Source of the DNA: Amphiscolops sp. MND2022
Taxonomy: Eukaryota
DNA length: 64,000 nucleotides
Assembly: GCA_964187785.1 (NCBI GenBank)
Contig: OZ076409.1
Coordinates: 11,100,001 to 11,164,000, forward strand
Direction: 5' to 3'
Made by a program: the position numbers and the translations under genes. How positions within the stretch are numbered: the stretch's first letter is position 1; every line of letters starts with the position of its first letter. Positions 48,340 to 60,700 of the stretch are shown here, in pieces. The notes below the pieces were generated by a model that was given only the letters and a program-made list of their open reading frames with translations, made no database searches and was not told the DNA's origin.

Positions 48340-51300
48340 AGTGAGAGAATCTGTAGCCACTTTTTCTGAAGGGATTTTGAGTTAAGTTCAGCATACTTCT
48401 CCTGGATTTTGCCTGAATCGTTTCACATTTTCGGTCCTGGGCCATCCCTCAGGCCTGGGCTTGAAAAGTTCACATTTCTAGGTCGCTGTCCAGGTTAATT
48501 TTCTGGGTTGGTGCGTTTTCTGGGTTAGAATCTGGGCTATTGTAGTGGGCGAAATCTGGTTTCTAATTTGACGTTGGGTTTGATCTGAGAATGTAGTTGG
48601 GTGTTTGAGGGAATATGAAGTTTCGGTGTAATGGGATTATCATTTCTTCTTAATTTTCCACGTCATCCGTGGTGTTTTGTGTTCTTGTGTTAGGTCGGGG
48701 TCGTTTCTGGGTTTTCTTTTTCGGGTGATGGGTATAGGAGTTCAGACTTATCAGCTTGGTTTTATTGTTGATGTAGCTCATATTCTTTGTAGGTTTCTGA
48801 CCATGCTAATGCATATAGGTCATCATGTTGTATTGTTACCTCGTTGTCCTGTTGGAAATCTTTGGGTGATACTGTTATATCTGGCAGTCGTTTGCTGCTT
48901 GTAAAGGGTCGCAATTTGATCCTCTGCAATAATTGAGTGAGGTTTGTTTGAAATTTTTGTTCTAGGTAGTTGTTGTTAGGGAGGGTTTTGACCACGACAT
49001 ATGGCTCCGTCCAAAGGTAATCTCGAAACGGCAGTTTTGTAGCATGGCGATGAGCCTTTGGATGTAGTTCATAGCAGTATTCGTTCACTACCAAGGGGTT
49101 AGCTGATGCTTTGTTGTCATAGTAGCATTTGTGGCGTACGTCTGACTTCATAGGTGATTGTTGTGTCTGGCTGATGATTTGATGAGTCTGTTGTAATACT
49201 TCCTCCGCCAGTTGGATTGGGGTTTTAAACCATTTTTCAGGTCGTTTACGTTATATGGTACTCTTCAGCAGAACACTCGGCTGGGTTTGCATGCCAGGGA
49301 TGCGTGATATGATAAGTGTAGATTAACACAGCCACTGGTAGGAAATGATGCCACTGGGTACGGTTTTCTCTTGTCGTCATCTTCAGATTTTCATAAAGGG
49401 AGGCGTGGGTCCTTTCTAGGTTACCAATGGTTTGAGCATGTTTGGTTAAGGCGTAGTTTAGTTGGATGCCCAGAACTTAGGTTGTTTGTGCCATTGGTTC
49501 TGTTATGAACTGGGATCCTTTGTCTATTATGCTGGTTGTAGATAGATAGCAGTATCTGGTGAATATGTCGATCAGGACACAGGCAACTGTCTTTGTATCT
49601 ATCCTGACCAAGTTGTATGCAAAAAGCGACCGAGACAAAACGTCCTTCGCTGTGATGAGTACGTTATAGCATTCTGATTGGTCGTCGAAGGTTACTATGT
49701 CCATCTGGAGGACGTCTTCGGGTCCCATTGCCATCTGTGACGTGTCTATCGATGGCGGAGTGGTTGAAGTACTCGGTGTCATTTTCGTTTGAATGCTCTC
49801 TGGGCATTGTGATATGCGTCGGCTTATTTTGGTGGCCAGTCTGGGGTAATAGTATTTTTCGTGGCATTGAAGTATAATTTTGGCAAAGGCGGGGTATTTC
49901 CCGAGCAGCCCATGCTGGTGTTGAATGTATTCGTGTATTAGCTGATCTGCGAGTAGGACTTGTAGGTACTTTGCTTTCCTTAGAAGTACTGTCTATGAAA
50001 GATTCCGTCTTTGATCATGGTCCCGTTTTGGGCGAGGTGTTTCGCTGCTCTTGCTGCGTAGATGGGTGTCTTTTGATACTCGGACATCTTTCAGTTTGAG
50101 ATTTCTAAGCACTGGGTCTTGGCCTTAGTGTGGTCTCAAGCTACGTGGAAAAATGTTCTCATCGTGTAGATACCTTTGCTGTTACCTGTCTGGGTCTTGT
50201 TTGTTGTTGCAGAACCTGGGAGGGTTTTGCGTTTGAGAATCTGGGGTATGGATGGCGGTTTTGAGGTCAAGTTGTTGGTACGGTTGCGAGTTTATTTTCT
50301 TTTTTCCCTTGTTTCCTCTCCCAGATGTCCTCTTCCGTTTTGGAAGCATCTTCTGTGCAGTTTAGCAGTGGCTGTTTGATACAAAGGTCGCAGGTTTTTT
50401 CCAGGGACTTGTTTATGGTTTCAAAGTTCGTGATCAGTTCGTGATCAATTTTCGCTGGTTTTTCCGATTTGATGAGTTCGTCAAAAGGGCGATTCTTTCT
50501 GATAATCTGGGGATGTAATTTCTTTAGTAGTTTACAAAGCCGAGATATTTTGTAATTCTTTTCTTTGTTCTCGGAAATTTGAGCTTTTGTAGATAGTTTT
50601 GAATTTTGTTGTTTTGAGGTCCCACGCTCAGAGGAGAGGTCGTTCAGCCAAGAAATTCCACTTCTTTTGCTCCAAACTGACATTTGGCCATTGTAACTGG
50701 CGTCTTGCTGCGCTGATGCATTGGAATACTTCTCTCAAATTGTTTTTCAACTCATCGGGGGTATTGGTCGCTATACCAATGTTGTTCACCTGGGCGAATT
50801 TATCCCTCTTTATGGTTTTGTCAAGGTACTCTCTCATGAAGCTCGCGAAAGATAGATGACTGCGAGCCACTGAGGCCTTGGGCTAGCGTGGGGTACGCCA
50901 ACGTCCTGCTGGCGAAGTTCAACGCTAGAAGTTGTACTGACTTCTGATCTTCCATTTGCAGAACGTGGTGAGCTTGTGAGCAATAAAGCTTATATAACAA
51001 CTTTTTGCAAGCGAGGTGCTGCACGGCGTCTGTCATTGTGCTGACCGGATGATTGTAGTTAATGTAATCACCTGAGAGCAGGTTGTTGAGCTTAATGAGG
51101 TCGACTGAGAGGCGCAGGTTTCCGGTCGGTTTTCTTCGTGTCAATATGGGGCTGGCGTATTTGCTGAAAGGGACGATTGTTATAATGCCAAAGTAGTGCG
51201 TAATTGCTAGCTCTACAATGAAGTCCTCTTTTAGGTTAATTGGGCGAATTGAGTAGACGAGTTCTTCGGTTTTTGGTGTTAACTTTTTTCCGAAGTCGTG

Positions 51301-52400
51301 GTTCATCCCAATGTCCAGCCTGTGCCTGGCGAAAATATCGTGAAACTCTATTAGGATTTCTTCAATGTCTTTCTGGTCCTCATCATTTAGTTGTGAATCA
51401 TCCAATTTGAAGCTTTTGAGCAATGTTTCTCGTTCTTCCGGGCTGTTGATTGGTCCCGTTTTGGGATTGCTTCGAGTTCTTTGATTTCTCTCACTTTACA
51501 TCTCTGGATGGGGGTATGGGTATTTGGGTCGTCGGCAATTTTTGTCGTGAAGAACCAATAATATATGTTGGCAGACGGTTTGTCTGAAGTTTTTAGAAGT
51601 TCGTTGACGTATGTGAGGGCGCCGTCATAATCAACTTCTGCGAGCATTTTCAGTGTTGTTATGCTGAGCGGTTTCAGTTTTTTTGCCTCTGCTGGGGACA
51701 TTATTTTGAATTCTCCAATTGTTGTATTCGTTTTGATGGTGAATGAGTGGGTGTTGTTTGTAACCCTGACTTTCTGTTTGATGGTGTGGATATGGAACTT
51801 GCCGTGTATAAGGGAACACCACTGCAATGGTTGGTAGCCGGGATTATGACACCGGTTGTGTCGATGGCTGATGATACATCGGTGTATGCTGTGGTCATTT
51901 GCGTCGTTTCGGCTGGTATAGTGATGGGGTGTTTTATCTGGACCTTGTACAGTTTTTTGTTTCTGGTGTTTTTGTCGGTCTCAATGGAATACGTGAGGTG
52001 GGGGAAATTTAACAGCCCTTAGCTCACGTCCAGGATGGCGCTGTTATTCTTGAGGAATGTGAGGTCGAGTATGGGTCCAGTGATTCGTTTGGCGACGATG
52101 AATGTTTCTCCGAAGTTCCAGTCTCCTATTTCGAATTAGGCAACATGGTTTTTGTGGGTGTTTGATTGTTGCCGTTAACGACTGGGAATTTAAATGGGTG
52201 GGTTCATCTCTTTGATGATGTCTTTGGGTGAGATTTGTTGTATTTTGACGTAGTCTGTTTTTAATAAGCAATTTACTATTGCACCTGAGTCCATTCAGGC
52301 GTCGAGGGTGAGTTCTTGGAAATCCATGGGAGCGAATAGCTTCTTCTTCTTCTTCTTCGAGGGTTATCGCTGGGAAAATGGATATGCAGGTGTTTGTTAC
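48340..52400 (-). pseudogene. pol: Decayed gypsy pol (PR, RT, IN)
   Basis: DA*MDSGA (protease); FARHRLDIG, PFSKYASP, NHPVSTMTDA, AQGLS and VNNIG (degenerate YVDD) (RT); LQMDIV...DKGSQF and WTEPYVVVK (integrase). Confidence 0.9.
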
Positions 52401-54416
52401 TGGGTCGAGGGTGAGGTATTCTGCAATCTGATCTATGGGGTAGGGCTTAAGTTCAGTTCGCCCTGAGGTGGTATGGCTTCATCTCCAGTGGAGTATTCAG
52501 ATTGCATGTTGGTTTCATCATTTGTAATGGGTCAAGGGTCCTCGATTTCTTTTCTTGACTGGCTAGTGTGAGAAATGGTGGAGACTGATGTCTCTTCGGA
52601 GGAGATAGGTCGCAAACGCAGTGACTTTAGGACTCTCCTTGTGTACGGTTTGGACATGATTGTACTCGTGCTGGTTGTTAAGTGGGCAGGGTCCACGGCT
52701 TCAGTCGTGGGCCTGCTGGTAGTGTTTTCGATTGGGTGGAAATCGGGTGGAAATTGGAAAAGTAAATGTTAAGTATGGCCAATGGCATAAACTACAGGAA
52801 CAAGCAAAGAATACTGTCGCCTCATAATACTCGTGTTTGGCACTTTTGTAGTCTACAAGTAGTCTAAAGCGACTATTGAAATCTGCTGGCTTCAAAGCTC
52901 GTAGACAAAAGGATGGCCTCTAAACACCTCTTTAAATAATTTTGCTGGTTGCCAACAAGACGTTTTGGGGCATGGAAAGGGCAGCTCTAGACGTTTCCCA
53001 TCACTAGAACTTTTTAAGGGGACAGTTCACCTCAATATATTTAGTACTCGTCGTCACGAAAGCGGTAGTGGGACAAGAAAGAAGAATTAAAAAACTCTTG
53101 AAACATCTTTTGAAGTGACTTGCTGCGCCCCATCTATTCTGTCAATAAACCGTTCCACCATTTTTTTTTCAAAACGAGGGGGCATTTACTGACAGCAAAG
53201 TGCTTTTTAGGAGAGAAAAGTTGAGGTTTTTACGGATGTAATTCATAGTGTCAGCGTATGATTCGTCGCGTTTTCAACTGATTTTTACAGATAGTTGTTC
53301 CATCATTTTCTGATCAGAAGACGCAACGCCTCCTGGGAACGAAAAAACTAGCACGGTGAAACTACTTTGTCCAACATTAAGAATTCGCAGTTGATATTTC
53401 ACTTTTTCAAACCCCCGTGATATTTGTACGAATTGTTAGGGTTTTTGGATGTTTCGGTAAAAGGATTAAAGATTTTGACATCGAAACGAAAAGGTGTGAG
53501 GTGGCGACTCCAAAGATCAGTTGCTTTTATAAATAGTCGAGCTGCATCTTTTTTCGTGTTAGTATTGATATCAGAGCTCTCACATTGTTAAGGTTGAGAA
53601 GTCGGTTTGACTTCAACGTCAAAGGAAAATTCATTGGTAAGGCAAAAATAACTGCGCAAACGTGTCTCATCGTGATCTCATTGTGGGGTATACGGGTGAA
53701 ACCTCCTGGTGTTTTTGTTTCCTTGCTGTAACGTAAAAGAAAACCGTTGTGAAATTCGCACTAGAAGGGTTGAAAATGTATTTCATCAGCAGTAGCACGT
53801 TGAGCCAGTTTGAGGATCTCACTTCTTGACTTACAATTCATCGTGGGCGAGTTTTTCCATAAATATTATCTTACATTTTTCGAACTTTGAGTTGTTCCAT
53901 TCGTAATTTGTCATGATCTTTCCTTTGTATCGCCATCGAGAATATCGTGTCAAAGTCATGAAAATGTTGAAATACATCATCGGAACACGCGTACTCTTCG
54001 GTGTGGTCGTTTGGGATTTCCTCTTTCCTAATCACACCACCTGGGTTCAGTGTCAAGTTTGATAAAATTCTCTCCCGATCCGAATTAGTTGGTTTTCTAA
54101 GTGGGACTCAATCTCGTTGATGTTTTTGCTATGCTGTTGTGTCGTACGGTCAAAGAACTCACATTCCTGAGTCTTTCCTGAAAGCCTTTTCTCAGGCAAA
54201 CTGCTTCCTTTCTGAGTCTCGTGATGTATTCGGGTTCAACTCTTGGTGTAGAACGCTGCATATACCATTTTACCTTTTCGTCTTTGATCGAGTCCACCGA
54301 CCGGCCGCAAACCATGCATCCGGTATAACGTACCTCGCTGACATTCTGGCAGGGTACTGAATTCTGTACATGGTATGACGCATGAAAGTTGCTCGGAGCT
54401 GGCTGGAGAAGGGGGG

Positions 54417-54726
54417 TGTCGAACCCAACCGTGTGGGTCGGCTTTGAAGGACCTTTCGAGGTTGACTGTCGGTTTTCGGTGTCTGTCTTACTTATGACAG
54501 CCATCATTAAGTCCTTCAGTTGACTGAACTCATTCTGTAGTTCGTTTATCTTTCTCTCATAACTCTCTTTTATTTCAGATAACTGAGACGAGATATCGGA
54601 AACCTCGTTGCTATCAGAATCATTGGCAGAAGACTGAGCCATGTCTGGGTCCGTTTGAATGGGTGTTTCTGATGAGGAACTAATAACTCTTCCGCTTCTG
54701 AGTTCTGTGCCTAGATCTGGGTTCAT
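54417..54726 (-). mobile_element. Element C: Gag-leader-like ORF (MNPDLGTELRSGR...) running to a putative LTR terminus ...GGTTCGACA at 54417
   Basis: LRSGR start and coiled-coil SQLSEIKESYERKINELQNEFSQLKDLM. Sequence character changes abruptly after cgaCA, the same terminal motif seen at 8213 and 10506. Confidence 0.55.
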
Positions 54727-55376
54727 AGAGGTGAGAGAAAAGGAATTATGAGTGAAGACTGGATTCTGGATGGTTTTTCGATGTATTTTACTATTTTGTG
54801 CCTTTATTCGAACTCAAATTCACTATTTCTGAACTTGAGATGTAAATGCGATGAGTTTTACAGTAAGACAAGGATACTAGTAAAAATGAGAAATAGTTAA
54901 CGAGGATTAAGCAGAATTCATCCAAATTTCATCGAACAGATATCGATCACGGAATTACTCAGAGTTGTGAAGGTAGTGTTTTACGATGAATAAGAGATAT
55001 GTTTTTCTAGTTCAAATCTGTCGTAACTCGTCCAACTGGACAGTAGCTAATCGCAATTTCGGTCTGAGTAATCTCTAATGGCGGTCCAAAATACAGCAGT
55101 TCACGTGTCTTTTCAGGCTGGTAAGACGCTAAATCTCTTACCAGCCGACTCTTATTGGCTATTGCCAGTTGGTGCTAATTGGTAAGTCACGTGACCGGTG
55201 TTGTGAACTGCCGCAAGTTGGCCAAACCACATGGTACATCTACATATGCTAATTATGACTAATCATCACTTTACAATGTCGCAATTGCCTGCACACAGTG
55301 TCATGGTTTCTATAGCAACTCAAATCATTCAATAATGTACTAATTTCAAGTCAAAACAGAGTAAACTGCATCACAG

Positions 55377-56262
55377 GATGAGAAAACGATGTTTTTCCAA
55401 CTAATTCTAGCACTAAAATCAATACTTCAAAAGCAAAGATGGAAACGCGATGAATTCGTCAGAATATTTGCTGATTTTCAAGTCTAGTTTAGCTCTGGAT
55501 GAAAATGCGATGAATGGTGGTCTTTTAGCTCGAAAATCAACACGATATGAACTGGCGATGATAAAAGGATGAACTCGTCTTCAAAATGAATGATTTCCAG
55601 CACAATTTAAATCAACGATGGTAAAAGGATGAACTCTCCTCGAAAATAACTAATTTCCAGCACTAGTGAAATTGACGATGAATTCAGGATGAATTCAGCC
55701 AATAAAACAGGTGAAACAGCTAATCCTGCAGTGAAGACAAATATACGATGACTTTAGGATGAATACATTCAATAAAACAGCAAAATCTAATGAATGAAAT
55801 TCCAACGATGGGTTTAGGATGAACTCAACTGAAAATTCGGCTAATTCTAACGTAAGTCGAACTAGCGATGAATTTACGACGAACTAGTGATAAGTTAATC
55901 TAATAAAACAGATATCCAGCACTTCACTCTTTTTTAGGATGAATTAAGGATGTACTTTCTCATTTCTTGCAGTTTCTGTTCAGGGCGATGAAATATAGAT
56001 GTGTTATGCTCTTTTTAAGAAATGAGAAGCACATTGAAGGTTAATAATCACAAAACGACGATGAGTATAGGATGGCTTTCATGCATTTTAAAGTCCCGTG
56101 AGATCCGCTGATGGATCACTAAATGAAATCAAATAAATGTCTCAATTTTGTTCACCCGCAATCTTGGCGATGTGATTGCGATGAACTTTGATAATTTAGC
56201 ACTGTAATTTCACTAGTAAATAAAGTTAAAGGATCACTAAATCCGCTGATGGATTAGTGATG
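55377..56262 (+). repeat. Phased array of GATG-N7-GATG motifs (13 perfect copies, spacing mostly 60-70 bp)
   Basis: Copies start at 55377, 55438, 55498, 55557, 55617, 55677, 55747, 55807, 55938, 55987, 56060, 56169 and 56248; intervening sequence is divergent. Confidence 0.9.
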
Positions 56263-56475
56263 AACTTTTCCCGAAATTCGTCACGACTACAAGTCCTGAG
56301 GCGAGGGAGCTAGTAGAAGTTACAGATTCCATTATTTCTACATCTCTCGGTCCAGTCTGACCGGAAAACTTCTCTCCCTTATCGTGACAGACCAATATTG
56401 AATAAGATAGCACATTAAAAGCTATTGGCCAGATCATTTGTGCGGACACCGGAATTAGAGCGCTCAGTATTAAGT

Positions 56476-56488
56476 AAATATATATAGC
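56476..56488 (-). promoter_or_regulatory. Putative TATA box for the Gag-direction transcript of element C
   Basis: Minus strand gctatatatattt...gagcgctc; context resembles ctataaatacgagcgctc at ~7483. Confidence 0.4.
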
Positions 56489-57781
56489 TCAAAATCAGGG
56501 GGGATAGGGATTAAAGTACAAGTAACGTAGGGTTGCTCACAACCATGGCTCTTATTATATGACATCATATTGCCCATATCTAAGTACATAAGACATAATA
56601 TTTACATTACAAATATTTAGTAGATTATATTTCCATCATGCTGGCATGACACTCCCCGGGGCGGGATTTGGACTGAGAGTGCAGGGGCCAAATGTGCAGA
56701 GGATGGTTGTCTCGGCGTTGGCTTCGACTGGTCCTTCGTTTGGTTGGGGAGAAAATGGCCTTCGTTAGTTCTGAATTGGCATGTCCTTCGTTTGTTCTGT
56801 CCTGTGAGAGCTTCTCTGAGAAGAGGACCTTCGGTAATTGTCTTTTCTGGCATCATCCTGGGTGATTTCGGTTAAAATTTTCGACGCGGCAACTCTAATT
56901 CTTGGTCCATCGAATGTCCGCTGATCTGTATTTTATTGGTTGTCATGCTTTTGACGGGAGTTTCGGCTGGTTATTTTCGGTAGGAGCTGATTTCTCGGAG
57001 AAAAGTTTCCCTCCAAAACGCCTACGCTGAGTAAACAATTCGATTAGCTTCATTGACATATTGGCAACGAGTCGGGGATGAATGAAAGATGAATTGTTTG
57101 CTCAGCGAGACATCAATGCTGTTTAGCGGAATGGCTGGCTCCGTTGCTTTGTTCACTCGCGATGGAAAGGAGATGAATCGTTGTCATAGCAACTGTCAAA
57201 AGTTACTTCCGCTGCTCGACTTTGAGTGAAAATGAGAAAGAGATGAATTCGTCGCCAAAGTAACTGTTGCTCGATCTGATTGGCTGAGACTGAACTTATA
57301 ACTGAAGGAAATTACAACCGGCTGTCAGCAGCATTCTCATCCATAAATCATCCTCCATTCAAGTCGTTTTGAAAATCGCCACGATTTCCTTTGCGCGTTT
57401 CCGCTCAACTTCGCCGGCATTGATCTGAGACTGGCAGCTGTCAACAAATCAAATACTTGAAGTTTTTTTGTCAAGTCCTAGGAGAGGACGATCCATTTTC
57501 AGAGAAGGCTTGAGTTGGCTGTACTGGGAAGAAAGGTGATGCCAGTATTTGAAATCGGAGTTTTTTCATCGATTTTTCATCTTCTGAATTCAAGTATTTG
57601 ATTAACATGGCATTCAAGCTGCGTCGCGCTTTTTGAAATCTTCTATTGAATTTGTTCTTCTGTAATCATGGTTGATCAGGCCATTTAATTACTGATCAAA
57701 TTCTCTGCTCTTGGATTCTTCGATTTCTTTCCTTCTTTCACCGTCTTCCATTCTTTTCAGATTGTTTTGCAATTCTTCGCG

Positions 57782-60700
57782 ATGTCGGATATCAACTCCG
57801 TCTATTCGTTACCAGAGACCGAGGTCACAGAAAGTAAGTGCACTATTTTTTCTCTTCTTCACAAACGGGCCGGGGAATAATTAGGAATTGAAGGCGTGTC
57901 TTGGTTTTAGCGGACTCCGTTCACTCTGTCGGCATAATTTCCGAACTGACTACGTTGCAGACAGTTCCGCCTCAAGATGCTCCAATCCCTGCAGCATCTC
58001 ACGCACCTCAGTATCAACCTGAGCAGCAAACTGAACAGGCCCCTAACGTCCCGTATCTTCCGCAGTGTAAGTACTATCCTTCCATTCTTCAGTTCAGTCT
58101 TCGAATCTCTCATATCTCATCCTTACTCCGTCCAGTAGCTGACTCCTTTTCGTATGGTGTTTCAGACCACTACCCTTGGTATGCCTCCCTAGGCAGCATC
58201 ACCTTCGGGTGGTATGACCGCCACATGCGGGACATGCTGCGGGACAGCATCCAGCAGTACAGTGAGTTTGTCAATTTCCTTTTCACTTCTCTAGGCTATC
58301 GTCCGAACACTCCGATGTGATTCCGATGTAAACATCTCATCTGCATGTAGTGTCCTTTGCGGTCGATTACCCATGTAATTCACCTTCGAGATGAATTTAG
58401 GATGTGTCATGAACATTCACAGCTCTCCATGACTGACTCGCTGTAAATCCCATTTTTTGAAGATGAGTTTTGGATGTATTCTTCTCCGGTTTTCTTTCTT
58501 CGCGCGGCGTACGCGCTCTTTCTTCTCTAATCGTCGTCGTCCAGTAACTGTTTCTTCTTTCAGGTCCCACACCGATCCACGCACCAAGGCCTCGTCCCAT
58601 CAGCTATTCCGTAGGAGTAGGGACGGGTGATTTCGCCGCAACTAGTGCTGATGCTAGCACTCAAGGAGGGCCCCCTCCACTAGAGTTGTCTTCGTTCCTT
58701 GAGGACCTGTCACTAGGTGCAGTGAGTTCTCCTGTGATGAGGCCTTCCGCTTCCGTCCTCTCACCGAGTCTCCATCGGTACCTCAACGCCAGTGTCTCTC
58801 CCAGGAGTCCTCTTCCTCCACCTCGCGTCACAGTTGACACCGCTGTTAATGCCGTTGTCAATTTCATAGATGCAGCCGTTGATGCCTGTGTGGATACCGC
58901 GGACAAGGAGGTCCAAGCCGTTACTGAAACTGCTGATGATTCCACGTCCTATGAACCCCAGGTGGAGACTTCTCTGTCTGCTTCTTCTCCTCCACCGGTT
59001 GCTGATGTTCCGGGGGCGTTTGATGGCGACGTTGATCCATCTGAAGTTCCTTCAACTGGCACCACTGAGACCCGACTGGAGATCCCTGACGATCTCTCAT
59101 TGCACAGTCCTCCATCTGGCATGTCAGTTCCAGGAAGTATTGTGTCCAATGTGGGTACTGTCGACCTCGAGACGTCTCCAATGGGACCCAGCCTGTTGGG
59201 CTCCGATGACGAGCCCATTGCATCTCGTCTGCCAGGTTAACTAAACAGCTTTAAACCGGTGAAGTATCTGATCAGTAGATTTTCATTCGTTTCCCTTTTC
59301 GTTTTTACTTTTGCTAGCATTTTTCACGTTTTTCTCTTTTTTATCCGTTTTTCATCGTTTTTCTGTTTGCACTATATGTTTTCCGCAGTTTTTCATTTTG
59401 CATCGTTTTCTCATCGTCAAAAGTTTTGAACAATAGTCTTTTCGCTCTCTGGTCCTTTTTTTTGAACTCTTCATCTCTTTTACATCTCTAAAATTTCTCG
59501 TTTCGTTTTTCTCTATCTTTCAGTGTTTTTTCTTTTCAGTTTACATCTCTTTTTCATCGTTAAGTCGTTTTCGCTCTAGAATATCTCAAATTTGGTTCAA
59601 AGTCGCTCTATTCATCTCTTTTTCATCTTTCGAGGCTTTCATTCTTTAAAGTTTCCATTTTTTCATCCTGGTGGTCTACAAATACATCTCTTTTTTATCC
59701 TTTTCATTTTTTCTCGTTTTTTCGCTTGTATTTCCCGATGAAAATATTGTTTTACATCATTTTTTCATCATCTCGGGGTGAACTTTTTGGAAAATTTCAG
59801 TGGATTTTCGAATTTGCTTGTTCTGCGGATGTGTAGAGGAAGAGTTAGACAATTTCCGTTTTCTTGTGATTTCAGGAAAGAAGATTCTCAAGACTGCGTG
59901 GTTTGCTCACGCGTATTGTGGATTGGCCCTGGGCTTTGCTAAAGACCACCGCACGCGAGATTCCTATGTCAGGTGTCTCTTGTGCAAGCAGGACGTCAAG
60001 ATCGCCAGCAGAGGTATCACGACGTTCTGGGAGCACTGTCGGGGGGTTCGGCACCACCGACTTGACTGTCTGGTTCGACTGCGACGGGGTCTGGCACTGA
60101 GGAAACGTGATGGTACGTTGATGTCAGAGGCGGAAGCTGCGGCTGTCACTCCAACATTGGTGGGCGAGAGTGTGCCACAAATGGAAGTGTGTCCGGATGT
60201 AACAGTGATGGAAGCGCTACGTATCGAAGCGGAAGGGAGGTCTGTGTGGAGCGATGTTTCCGATGAGCCAGAGGACAGACGAGTCGAAAGTGTGCGGTTA
60301 TTTCTGTGTTTGGTAGTGGATGCGATGTACCGTGGTTGCGACTTTTCCAGTGTGCAACATCTCTGGGATTTAATAGTCTCATCTTGTCGTCAACATTCAT
60401 CGCTGTTTGGCGCGGCTTGTCGTGAATCGGACGTGCTGGTTATTATTCTATATTTATATGTATTACATGTTTTGTGTTCATGTTACATGTAGGTGTGTTC
60501 CTTAGGTTTCATGTATTGTGATTTTTGCCAAAGTTCTCTCTCAATGGCGACAACGAAAAACTTGTTGTGAAGGTCAAACGGAACTGTGTTTAGTCTCAAT
60601 AGTACTAGCGTATAGGTTGACTGCTTCTCTTTTTGTAAAATGTGTGCTATTTGTGCGTTTAGAGTGTAGTGCTGCTGGGGCTCTGGCCGTATGTGATGCG

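Larger units (their letters stand above)
42858..52500 (-). mobile_element. Element B: decayed Ty3/gypsy retrotransposon (pol, 3' accessory region and putative 3' LTR ending at 42858)
   Basis: pol relics at 48340-52400. Minus-strand TATA-like ctataaatatgag at ~43855-43868. Coiled-coil leader relic at 43200-42860 ending ...gtcattaCA. Boundaries inferred. Confidence 0.6.

Noticed and set aside
52760..54060. Possible decayed DNA-transposon or viral coding relic
   Set aside because: No motif I could assign with confidence.
54097..54726. 209-aa ORF as one genuine gene
   Set aside because: Appears chimeric across the putative LTR terminus at 54417.
55377..56262. CRISPR-like regularly interspaced repeats
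   Set aside because: Only two 4-bp half-sites are conserved, there is no 23-47-bp repeat and no cas gene, and the context is eukaryotic with spliceosomal introns.
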